The notes below the pieces were generated by a model. The model was not told where the DNA came from. It did no database searches and saw nothing but the letters and a program-made list of their open reading frames with translations. This document shows positions 1-7,896 of a stretch of DNA of 64,000 bases, one piece after another. Positions within the stretch are counted from its first letter, which is position 1. Each line of letters begins with the position of its first letter. The translations under genes and the position numbers were made by a program. The stretch comes from an uncultured bacterium (GTDB lineage: Bacteria > Bacillota_I > Bacilli_A > RFN20 > CAG-826), in contig CASGAB010000001.1 of assembly GCA_949299395.1 (NCBI GenBank), forward strand, positions 8,365 through 72,364, in the 5' to 3' direction.

Positions 1-447
1 GGTGCTTTACTTGTTTTAAAAGAAATGAATGATGATTTATGTTTTAGGCTTAGAGAAATTGGTAAAAAAACGAGTGTTATTCATCTTTTTGTAGGTTATT
101 CTTTAACAGTAGAAGAAATGGGTTTTGCTCATGAACTTTCTTTGTCTTATCCAACCGATAATAATAAAGAAATTTATGAAGGAATTAAGTATTTATTTGA
201 AAAATATTGTGAAAATAAACCAATTAGAAGATTGGCAATTACTTTTTCTCATCTTTCAAACCCTAGTTTTGAACAACTTGATCTATTTAAAGATTATGGT
301 GAACTTAATAAAGACGAACAAATGTATGATTATATCGATTTGATTCAAGAAAAATATGGAAAAAATAAACTATTAAAATTAGATAGTAAAAAAGAAGATT
401 CTACAATCAAAGAAAGACATAATCAAATTGGTGGACACCGAAAGTAA
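1..447 (+). CDS. Y-family DNA polymerase (DinB/UmuC-like), C-terminal little-finger fragment; the 5' end lies outside the window
   Basis: The C-terminal motifs 'IRRLAITFSHLSN...QLDLF' resemble the DinB tail 'RLLGVxxSNL...QLxLF'. The track ORF at 25..447 begins at an internal Met, and the frame is open back to the window edge. Confidence 0.45.
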   Translation, partial: GALLVLKEMNDDLCFRLREIGKKTSVIHLFVGYSLTVEEMGFAHELSLSYPTDNNKEIYEGIKYLFEKYCENKPIRRLAITFSHLSNPSFEQLDLFKDYGELNKDEQMYDYIDLIQEKYGKNKLLKLDSKKEDSTIKERHNQIGGHRK

Positions 448-448
448 A

Positions 449-874
449 TTAATTTATATCAATTACTTCAATGGTTTTATCTAAAGCTTTTAATAATTTT
501 ATTGCGGTAGAAATTGTTGGAGAGGTTACTCCTGATTCAATTCTAGCAATCATGGCTTGTTTTATTCCGGTTTTTTCTTCTAAATCTTTTTGGGTTAAAC
601 CTTTTTCTTTACGAGCAAGAATAAGTTCATGAGAAAATTTATTATCTAATCGATCATATTCATTTTCTTTGTTAACTGGTAAAAAATCATTAATCGATTC
701 ATCATAATAAAAATCTACTTTATATTTTTTCTTTAATCTTTTTGTTTCTTTTTTAACAAAATTATCGTGGATTTTAGCAATTTTTTTATGATTTTCTTGA
801 ATTTCTTCTTCATTAAATAATTCTTTTTCAATATTTTCCCAGCTTTCATATGGGAGGTTTTTATTTTCTTTCAT
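449..874 (-). CDS. XRE-family HTH transcriptional regulator with a C-terminal HTH_3 domain
   Basis: 'LTQKDLEEKTGIKQAMIARIESGVTSPTISTAIKLL' is a typical HTH_3 helix-turn-helix. A Shine-Dalgarno AGGAGA sits about 10 nt upstream of the ATG. Confidence 0.6.
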   Translation of the reverse strand: MKENKNLPYESWENIEKELFNEEEIQENHKKIAKIHDNFVKKETKRLKKKYKVDFYYDESINDFLPVNKENEYDRLDNKFSHELILARKEKGLTQKDLEEKTGIKQAMIARIESGVTSPTISTAIKLLKALDKTIEVIDIN

Positions 875-1069
875 TAATAGCCATCTCCTTTTTAAATTCT
901 ATAAATAATTTTTCCGCTTTTACTATCTCAATAAGAGGTGCTTGTTTACTCTTTTTAATAAAATAAGTAAGAATTACAATATAGTTTTTATAAAATCCAC
1001 ACGTAATCCTTATATCAAGAGCTCATAATTCATAAATTTCACTCTTAAATGTTTTAAAAAATTTTCCTT

Positions 1070-1216
1070 TTAATAATAACTTTTAGAAATTACTTCTTCG
1101 ATTGATCGATGAATACTTTTAAATCTTATTCTTGAATCTTTATCAATCTTACTTTTTAATTCTTTTAATAAATTCACTACTGAATTATTCTTTTTATAAA
1201 ATATCGATTCAAACAT
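1070..1216 (-). CDS. Small hypothetical protein of 48 aa, absent from the ORF track because it is below the length cutoff
   Basis: Reverse-strand ORF MFESIFYKKNNSVVNLLKELKSKIDKDSRIRFKSIHRSIEEVISKSYY. A strong Shine-Dalgarno 'AAGGAGA' lies 6-7 nt upstream of the ATG. Confidence 0.3.
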   Translation of the reverse strand: MFESIFYKKNNSVVNLLKELKSKIDKDSRIRFKSIHRSIEEVISKSYY

Positions 1217-1315
1217 TTTATTCTCCTTGTTTATTTATCTATATATAAACAAGAATGCTCGAATTAAGAATTTTTTATGGTTTTTTTAAATAATCCTATC
1301 TCTATTATATATAAT

Positions 1316-1331
1316 ATAACTAATTAGTTAT
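1316..1331. promoter_or_regulatory. Perfect 16-bp palindrome ATAACTAATTAGTTAT, candidate operator
   Basis: Read directly from the sequence; it is self-complementary. It lies in the leader region upstream of the small ORF and the XRE regulator gene on the minus strand. Confidence 0.3.
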
Positions 1332-1356
1332 ATTTGGTCAATATTATTACAATATA

Positions 1357-1387
1357 AAATCTCCTTATACATAGTATAAGGAGATTT
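1357..1387 (-). terminator. Perfect 14-bp inverted repeat with a 3-nt loop (AAATCTCCTTATAC-ata-GTATAAGGAGATTT), likely intrinsic terminator of the upstream membrane-protein gene
   Basis: The hairpin lies about 27 nt downstream of the stop of the 1414..1815 minus-strand gene. It is followed on the minus strand by a U-rich stretch (UAUAUUGUAAUAAUAU). Confidence 0.4.
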
Positions 1388-1413
1388 ACTATTATAATAA
1401 CTATATAAATATA

Positions 1414-1815
1414 TTATTTAATATTATCTAATCTATCTAATAATAGATGGATATTATTTTTATTAATTCTTTTATTAGATAAATAAATAATAAATAGGAC
1501 TACTCCTATAACTAATAAGATTGATCCTATACCAATCCCTAAATAAACAAAGAAAGCTTCTAAAGAAAGATAAGCAAAATATTGATCTCTAATAGTAGTA
1601 ATAATACTCATTGGAATAAAGATAATTCCGATGATGAGAAGAATTAAACCAATTAAAAATAAACATAAAGAAAAATTTCTTTTTTCTTTTAAGATCTCTT
1701 CATTTTGATATTCTTTTTTTAAAATTTCTCTTAATTTTTCTTTATTAGACAAAAAAGAAGATATTTCATTAATATCTATTTTATTAACTTTAAATATCTT
1801 CTTTTCTTTTTTCAT
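1414..1815 (-). CDS. Hypothetical small membrane protein with two predicted TM helices
   Basis: It has two hydrophobic stretches (LCLFLIGLILLIIGIIFIPM and IGIGSILLVIGVVLFIIYL). I recognise no conserved motif. Confidence 0.45.
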   Translation of the reverse strand: MKKEKKIFKVNKIDINEISSFLSNKEKLREILKKEYQNEEILKEKRNFSLCLFLIGLILLIIGIIFIPMSIITTIRDQYFAYLSLEAFFVYLGIGIGSILLVIGVVLFIIYLSNKRINKNNIHLLLDRLDNIK

Positions 1816-1871
1816 AAATAAATTATTTAATTAATTAAACGTAAATGATAAATCTCTAATAAAACCAAATA

Positions 1872-3392
1872 TTAGATATTATCATAAGCAGTTTGTAATG
1901 TAGTTTTAATAAAGTTAGTGAGTTCTTCACCAGTTAAATTACTCTTTAAAACTTCAAATAAAACTGTTCCAACACTATCTCTAACACTAGAAGAGAATTG
2001 AGAAACTGGAGCGATAAATCCTTGGTTATTTTCAGTATATTCACCATATACATTATAAATTTGGCCTAACATATATGCTTGTTCATCACTAAAATCTCCA
2101 CTTTCAGGTGTTGATTCTTTAGTATTTAAAATAGCTTTAATATTTTCTTCTTCATAAGAAGTTGCTCTAATTGGAGCAGCACCATAGTTTTCACTTAAAA
2201 CAGCATTATTTGTAGTATTTGTTAAGAATTTATAAAGTAACCATGCACCTTTATTTTCTTCATCACCCTTATCAAACATACAAACAGATGGTCCTTGAGA
2301 CATAACACTAGCTGTAGTAGCAGTGACAACTTCACCCTTTAAAATCTTATCATCAATTGCAGGCATTGCAGCAATTCCTGGAACGAATGTATCTTCTTCA
2401 ATCCAGCCTGAACCAGTAGTTGAATTTAAAACAACTAATGATTGTTCTGTTTCAAATGGTTCATCAATCCAGTGATCATATGGTTCAGCATGAACAAGTG
2501 TTGTTGAAATAGTAATTAAACCTTCATCATACCAACCCTTAATCATTTCAATCATTTTAGCCATTTTATCGTTATTAAATAAAACTGCTTCTTCTTTTGT
2601 TAATGTTCCGTCGTTATTTTTATCAACGTTACTTGAAAGTTCAATGTTCATCATTTTTGCAAATGTAATGACCATATTATCGTATGAATCATAGCCAATT
2701 GGAGCAACAGCACCTTCTCCAGCATTACCCTTATTTTCTTCAGTATAAAGATCTGGGAAATCTGCTCTCATTTGACGAGCTAAATCAATTAAATCACTCC
2801 AATTTGTTGGAACTTCATAACCTTTTTCTTCAAATTTAGTAGCGTTATAATACATAACTTCACTTGTTCTAGCAAAAGGCATTGAATATGTACCTTCTTT
2901 TTGAAAACCTTGTCCATCAGAAAGATATGATAAATCTTCTTTTTTAGTAGTTGGATCATCAACAACATTTCCATCAGCATCATAAGTTTTTCCAAAACCA
3001 TATTCACTATTATCCATAAAATCATCAAAATTCATAACGATTCCATCATTTAACCATTGATAAACGTAGTCTGGATAACAAACTGCTAATGAAGGAAGTC
3101 TAGTTGGAGTGTTTTTAACTTGTTCGATTGATGCTTGAATATCTGGATAGTCTCCACTTTTTTCCCAAACAACATCATATTGAGGATAAAGTGCTTCAAA
3201 TTCAGCTTCTTTTTCATCCATCCATTGAACTTGGTTGTCTCTATAAAAGTTTGTCCAGAATGTAACTGTTGTTTTTTCTGGAGTATTTGGACCGCAGCTA
3301 GCTATAGCAACGACAGATGCGCTTGCAACAACTAAAGGCATAACTCTTTTCATAAATTTGTTCATAAATCTATTTTTCTCCTTTATTAACAT
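1872..3392 (-). CDS. ABC transporter substrate-binding lipoprotein, family-1 (CUT1) sugar-binding protein
   Basis: It has a signal peptide with lipobox 'IASCG'. It is paralogous to the 13108..14646 product (shared 'P.LAV.YPD'). It is the last gene of an ATPase-permease-permease-binding-protein operon. Confidence 0.8.
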   Translation of the reverse strand: MLIKEKNRFMNKFMKRVMPLVVASASVVAIASCGPNTPEKTTVTFWTNFYRDNQVQWMDEKEAEFEALYPQYDVVWEKSGDYPDIQASIEQVKNTPTRLPSLAVCYPDYVYQWLNDGIVMNFDDFMDNSEYGFGKTYDADGNVVDDPTTKKEDLSYLSDGQGFQKEGTYSMPFARTSEVMYYNATKFEEKGYEVPTNWSDLIDLARQMRADFPDLYTEENKGNAGEGAVAPIGYDSYDNMVITFAKMMNIELSSNVDKNNDGTLTKEEAVLFNNDKMAKMIEMIKGWYDEGLITISTTLVHAEPYDHWIDEPFETEQSLVVLNSTTGSGWIEEDTFVPGIAAMPAIDDKILKGEVVTATTASVMSQGPSVCMFDKGDEENKGAWLLYKFLTNTTNNAVLSENYGAAPIRATSYEEENIKAILNTKESTPESGDFSDEQAYMLGQIYNVYGEYTENNQGFIAPVSQFSSSVRDSVGTVLFEVLKSNLTGEELTNFIKTTLQTAYDNI

Positions 3393-3419
3393 TTATAAAC
3401 GTAAATATTATACACTAAT

Positions 3420-4379
3420 TTATCCTTTTATACCTGCTCTTCCTACGCCTCGCATAATAAATTTTCTAAATATGATAAATAGGATTAAAAGTGGGACAGT
3501 AACAATGACCGTTCCAGCCATTTGTAAAGTAACTAATTCTCTTCTTTCAGCTCCGTTTCCGATATAAAATTCAGCAAAATCTCTTAAACCAACGGTAATT
3601 TGAGCATATGCAGGATCATTTAAAACAATTGTCTTTGGCCAAGCATATGCATTCCATCCACTAATAACCTTTAAAATAATTATTGTTATTAAAGTAGGAG
3701 AAGCAATTGGAACCATAACTTTCCATAAATATTGCCAATCATTTTTTCCATCGACTTTACTTGCTAAATATAATTCATTTGGAATTTGTTTAAAGTTTTC
3801 ATTAAGTAAATAAATATAGAAAACATTTACTAAAAATGGAGCCATCGTTGCAAAATAAACTTGCCATCTACCGTCAAGTAAATTGAGTCGATACATTGTA
3901 ATAAAATTTGAAGTAACAAAAAGTTCGGTTGGAACCATCATTGTAGCTAAAAAGATGAAAAATATAGCATCTCTTCCTTTAAATTGAAGTCTAGTAAAAG
4001 CAAAAGAAGCAAAAACTGTGATAAAAAATGTTCCGATTGTCGATAAAATAACAACGGTCAATGTATTAATTAATAAATTTGGAATATCAAAACCATTAAC
4101 TTGGAAAACTTTTACATAATTTGACCAGGCAATTTCATCAAAAGGAATAAAAAAATCATTTCCAATTTGATAATGTTGAGCATCTTGGAATTTTAAAGAT
4201 GTTAAAATCATCCAATAAAATGGTAAAAGACAGAAAAAAGCAAAACAAATTAAGAAAACATAAACAAAAATTAGTCCAATAATTCTTAAGACTATATCTA
4301 ACTTTTTTCTTTCGTTTAAATTCTTACCTTTTGTAACAATAACTAAACGAGTATTTTTATCCAAAACTGAAGTTTTCAT
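3420..4379 (-). CDS. ABC sugar transporter permease (MalG/UgpE-like)
   Basis: Polytopic membrane protein with a conserved EAA-loop region 'ELYLASKVDGKNDWQYLWKVMVP', in an operon with an ABC ATPase and a binding protein. Confidence 0.8.
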   Translation of the reverse strand: MKTSVLDKNTRLVIVTKGKNLNERKKLDIVLRIIGLIFVYVFLICFAFFCLLPFYWMILTSLKFQDAQHYQIGNDFFIPFDEIAWSNYVKVFQVNGFDIPNLLINTLTVVILSTIGTFFITVFASFAFTRLQFKGRDAIFFIFLATMMVPTELFVTSNFITMYRLNLLDGRWQVYFATMAPFLVNVFYIYLLNENFKQIPNELYLASKVDGKNDWQYLWKVMVPIASPTLITIIILKVISGWNAYAWPKTIVLNDPAYAQITVGLRDFAEFYIGNGAERRELVTLQMAGTVIVTVPLLILFIIFRKFIMRGVGRAGIKG

Positions 4380-4381
4380 TT

Positions 4382-5314
4382 TTAATAAACAACCCTCTTT
4401 TTAGAAACTAAATATTGTAAGAAAGTAAATAAAAGTATGATTAAAAATAATACTATTGCCGCAGCACAAGCATAATTTATATTTCTTCCACCGGTTTGGA
4501 TTTGATCATAAATAAAATAAACTACTGTATAAAGATTATATGAAAGTGGTGATGTACCTCTTGCATTAAATAAACCAGCAATTGCTTGATATTCTTTAAA
4601 TCCATCAATAAAAGAGGTAATTGAAATGTATAAAATTTGAGGAGAAAGTAAAGGAACTGTAATTTTCCAAAATTTCTTAATTGTTGGAGTTGAGTCAACT
4701 CTTGCTGCTTCATAATATTGTTTATCAATATTTTGTAATCCACCAATAAAAACTAAAATTTTAAATGGCATTTCATACCAAATAAGTTCAATACATAAAA
4801 CAACCATTGCATGGAAATAGGTTGTTTCTCCTCCAGCACTAGGAAGCCAAGAAATATCTAAATTAAAAATATCGTTAATTAAGCCATTTTGAGAAAATAA
4901 AACTCCAAAAACCATACCAATAGCAATAATATTAGTAACGTATGGGGTGAAAAATACGGTTTGGAAAAACTTTTGCAAAGCTTTAATTGAATTTAAAGCA
5001 ACGGCAACAATCAAAGAAAAAATAATTGAAATTGGGACTGTAATAAAAGTAATTAACATCGTATTAGGTAAAGCATATCTTAAAAAAGCTTCTACCTGAC
5101 CTTTACCCGTAATATTAGAAGGAAACTCAGTGAATCCTAAAATAACCCCATAATTATCCAATGTAAAACCAGTACTTGCTCCAGTTGCATAGTTATAATC
5201 TTTTAAAAATGAAATATAAAAAGTATTAATAATTGGATAGATAGTAAAAACAACTATCAAAATGATAGCAGGTAATAAATATAGCCATCCTTTATAGTTA
5301 TTTTTATTTTCCAT
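4382..5314 (-). CDS. ABC sugar transporter permease (MalF/UgpA-like)
   Basis: Polytopic membrane protein with the EAA motif 'YEAARVDSTPTIKKFWKITVPLL'. It is separated from the next permease by 2 nt. Confidence 0.8.
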   Translation of the reverse strand: MENKNNYKGWLYLLPAIILIVVFTIYPIINTFYISFLKDYNYATGASTGFTLDNYGVILGFTEFPSNITGKGQVEAFLRYALPNTMLITFITVPISIIFSLIVAVALNSIKALQKFFQTVFFTPYVTNIIAIGMVFGVLFSQNGLINDIFNLDISWLPSAGGETTYFHAMVVLCIELIWYEMPFKILVFIGGLQNIDKQYYEAARVDSTPTIKKFWKITVPLLSPQILYISITSFIDGFKEYQAIAGLFNARGTSPLSYNLYTVVYFIYDQIQTGGRNINYACAAAIVLFLIILLFTFLQYLVSKKRVVY

Positions 5315-5318
5315 TTTT

Positions 5319-6785
5319 TTATTCTATAGAAATTCTTTCTTCACTTTCTTTATCAAAAACAAACATTTTATTTTCTTTAACTTTAAAGCGATAAGTAGCA
5401 ATAGAAAGAGCTAAATCACTATCTACAACAATCTTAATTTCTTCTCCTAAAAAAGAATCGTGTTCTAAAGTTAAAGTTGTATCTTTACCGTTTAATGTAA
5501 TTTCTTTAACTCTTAAAGAAATACCTAAATCTTCATCATTTTCGTTTAAAATAAAGCCTTCTGGTCTAATTCCAACATAAACTTCTTTATTGATATAATC
5601 ATTATTTTTTAAAGATGAAACTTTTTCATTATCAACATAAATTCCATCTTCTTTAATTAAACCTTTAAAAACATTAATTGGTGGAGTACCCAAAAATTTA
5701 GCAACAAAAAGATTATTTGGATTTTTATAAATATCAATTGGTTTACCACTTTGCATGACTTTACCTTGATTCATAACAACGATTTCATCACAAATTGACA
5801 TTGCTTCTTCTTGATCATGAGTAACAAAAACAGTGGTAATACCAGTTTCTTTTTGAATTCTTTTAATTTCTTCTCTAGTTTTTATTCTGAGTCTTGCATC
5901 TAAATTAGATAAAGGTTCATCTAAAAGTAAAACTCTTGGTTTTTTTACTAACGCTCTAGCAATAGCAACCCTTTGTTGTTGACCTCCACTTAATTCTTTA
6001 GGTTTTTTATCAAGTTGGTCTTCAATTTGAACAAGTCGAGCAACTTCTCTTACCATTAAATCAATTTCATCTTTACTTAATCTTCTTCTTTCTTTTATTC
6101 TTTCATTATTTCTATCAACTAAATAAAATTCTTCATCGATTTTAATATCTTTTCTAAGATATTTTTCTTTGATATTTTCAATTTCTTTTAAATTATCTTC
6201 TTTTATTTCTTTAACTCTATTATTTAACAAAGTATTATCTTCAATTAAAAATAACTTATAAGAATATAATCTTTTAGCAAAAGAAGGTGAAATAATATAT
6301 TTATCAATTAAAAATAAAATTGCTCTTTCTTTACTAATTTTATTTTTAATTGAACTAGAAATAATAACTTCATTTAATTCTTTAATGTTTTCTAATAATT
6401 TATTTTCTAAAACTAAACTTTCAATTTTATTTTCTTTTTTATATGCTTCTACTTTTAAATTAGTTAATGGAAAAGAAATGTTTTTATAAACATTCATATG
6501 AGGATATAAAGCATAGTTTTGGAAAACAAATCCAATACCTCTTTTTTCACTTGCTAAATTAGTAACTTCTTCATTATCAAACCAGATTTCACCATTTGAT
6601 GGTTCTTTTAATCCAGCAATCATATATAAAGTAGTTGATTTTCCACATCCAGAAGGACCTAAAATACCAACTAATTCATTATCTTTCATATCGATAGTTA
6701 CATTATCTACAGCGATAGTATCTTCAATACTTTTTTTAGGATCACCTTTAAATATTTTACTTAAATTTTTAATTAATATTTCCAT
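5319..6785 (-). CDS. ABC transporter ATP-binding protein (MalK/UgpC-like) with a ~150-aa insertion in the helical subdomain
   Basis: Walker A 'GPSGCGKST', Q-loop, signature 'LSGGQQQRVAIARAL', Walker B 'LLLDEPLSNLD' and a C-terminal TOBE-like region. About 150 lysine/glutamate-rich residues are inserted between the Q-loop and the signature motif. Confidence 0.85.
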   Translation of the reverse strand: MEILIKNLSKIFKGDPKKSIEDTIAVDNVTIDMKDNELVGILGPSGCGKSTTLYMIAGLKEPSNGEIWFDNEEVTNLASEKRGIGFVFQNYALYPHMNVYKNISFPLTNLKVEAYKKENKIESLVLENKLLENIKELNEVIISSSIKNKISKERAILFLIDKYIISPSFAKRLYSYKLFLIEDNTLLNNRVKEIKEDNLKEIENIKEKYLRKDIKIDEEFYLVDRNNERIKERRRLSKDEIDLMVREVARLVQIEDQLDKKPKELSGGQQQRVAIARALVKKPRVLLLDEPLSNLDARLRIKTREEIKRIQKETGITTVFVTHDQEEAMSICDEIVVMNQGKVMQSGKPIDIYKNPNNLFVAKFLGTPPINVFKGLIKEDGIYVDNEKVSSLKNNDYINKEVYVGIRPEGFILNENDEDLGISLRVKEITLNGKDTTLTLEHDSFLGEEIKIVVDSDLALSIATYRFKVKENKMFVFDKESEERISIE

Positions 6786-6832
6786 AACTAGATATATTTT
6801 ATTTAATAAATAAAATATTTTAAATAGAAAGA

Positions 6833-7183
6833 TTAAACTTCATTAGTTTCAATAGAATTAACTAAAACCTTTTTTAAAGTTACTAAATCACGAGTTATGT
6901 TTTTATAAACAATCATGTAATCAGTTTTAGTATAAGCGTGAACTAAACGGTTTCTAAAACCAATTATTTGTCCCCAAGGTATTTCTTTATGATTGTTACG
7001 ATATTCATCACTTAAAAATTTAACATTCTCAACCATTTAAATGAAATGAAGAAGAATTGCATCAATTATCATTCAGTCTTTAATAAATTCTTCATATTCT
7101 TTATTATCGAAATATTTAAAAATAGTCTCTATTTCTTGTAAAGCTCTTAAAATAAAGAATCTATCATCTTTAATATTATCCAT
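6833..7183 (-). pseudogene. hepT: HepT-like (HEPN/DUF86) toxin gene disrupted by two in-frame stop codons
   Basis: The full frame reads MDNIKDDRFFILRALQEIETIFKYFDNKEYEEFIKD-TGA-MIIDAILLHFI-TAA-MVENVKFLSDEYRNNHKEIPWGQIIGFRNRLVHAY..., which aligns with HepT along its whole length and carries the HEPN Rx4-6HxY motif 'RNRLVHAY'. The stops are TGA at 7073-7075 and TAA at 7037-7039 (minus strand). The track reports only the ORF 6833..7036 after the second stop. The ATG overlaps the mntA stop (ATGGATAA). Confidence 0.6.
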
Positions 7184-7673
7184 AAATTTTTATTCCATTT
7201 TTTAATATTTCATTTAGAATATCATAATCTTTTAAACAATCTTTAAAATCTAGTAAATCTACCCTTTTATGAAGTCCCACTCTAAAAGCTTCGATTAACC
7301 CGAAATATTCTAATCCATCCAGATTACCACTATAAGCTAAATCAACATCACTTCCTTCTTTTTGATAACCTTTCGCATAGCTTCCAAATAGATATACACA
7401 TTGAATTTTTCCTTTAAACTCTTTACTCTCACAAATTTTGGTAACGGTTTCTTTGATAAAATCCAAAGTTAATATTCCCTTTTCTTCATTAACTTCGTAT
7501 TTTTCCTTTAATAACTCTAAAAATTTAATTCTTTTTAGATTATTCCCATATTGTTCATCATTTTCATAACGAACATATGTTCTTAAAGGAATAGATAAAA
7601 AATCAGCTACTTCTTTTTGCGATAAATTAAGATTTTCTCTAGTTTTTTTAAGATTATTAAATTCAAATTCCAT
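7176..7673 (-). CDS. mntA: MntA-like minimal nucleotidyltransferase fused to an N-terminal XRE HTH domain; antitoxin partner of HepT
   Basis: N-terminus is an HTH_3 ('LSQKEVADFLSIPLRTYVRYEN'). C-terminus is a nucleotidyltransferase with 'VYLFGSYAKGYQKEGSDVDLAY' (GS...DxD). Its stop overlaps the hepT start. Confidence 0.65.
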   Translation of the reverse strand: MEFEFNNLKKTRENLNLSQKEVADFLSIPLRTYVRYENDEQYGNNLKRIKFLELLKEKYEVNEEKGILTLDFIKETVTKICESKEFKGKIQCVYLFGSYAKGYQKEGSDVDLAYSGNLDGLEYFGLIEAFRVGLHKRVDLLDFKDCLKDYDILNEILKNGIKIYG

Positions 7674-7704
7674 ATTTTTTACCTTATTTAGACATATTCA
7701 TACA

Positions 7705-7822
7705 TCCTTGACATGCCAAATTGACATATCTTCATCTATGTAATATGACAAAATGGCACATTTGGATGATATCTATATGCCAAAATGTCATATTTTGTAA
7801 CACTTGATGTGCCAAAATAAAG
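7705..7822. promoter_or_regulatory. Cluster of at least 4 related repeats (TGCCAAA(A/T)T / TGACAAAATGGCA / TGACAT) in the mntA-hepT leader, candidate operators
   Basis: Seen in sequence: TTGACATGCCAAATTGACATATC, ATGACAAAATGGCACAT, ATGCCAAAATGTCATAT and GATGTGCCAAAATAAAGG, all within about 120 bp upstream of mntA. Confidence 0.35.
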
Positions 7823-7835
7823 GTATCTAAATGAA

Positions 7836-7868
7836 AAATTAAAAAGCCTCCTTATATACAAGAAGGCT
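7836..7868 (-). terminator. Intrinsic terminator for the 5'-nucleotidase gene
   Basis: On the minus strand, a 9-bp stem AGCCUUCUU/AAGGAGGCU (one G-U pair) with loop GUAUAU is followed by UUUUUAAUUUUU. It lies about 30 nt after the stop of the 7897..9336 gene. Confidence 0.45.
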
Positions 7869-7896
7869 GGAATTTCAAAAATTTTTCACTTTTTTA

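Noticed and set aside
125-343. Short overlapping ORFs on the opposite strand or alternative frames, for example 125..343, 2789..3028, 3135..3335, 4522..4746, 10359..10652, 11148..11405, 12247..12477, 14015..14245, 30534..30821, 37078..37578 and 62066..62404
   Set aside because: All lie entirely inside much longer, motif-bearing genes. They have biased low-complexity composition and no ribosome-binding site. They are typical spurious ORFs in an AT-rich genome.
7037-7075. Possibility that the in-frame TGA in hepT is read as Trp (Mollicutes genetic code 4), so that the gene would be intact
   Set aside because: Dozens of long ORFs in the window (mfd 1161 aa, ftsH, ppdK and others) are continuous under the standard code, and TGA is used as a stop elsewhere. 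The second lesion is TAA, which is a stop in every relevant code.
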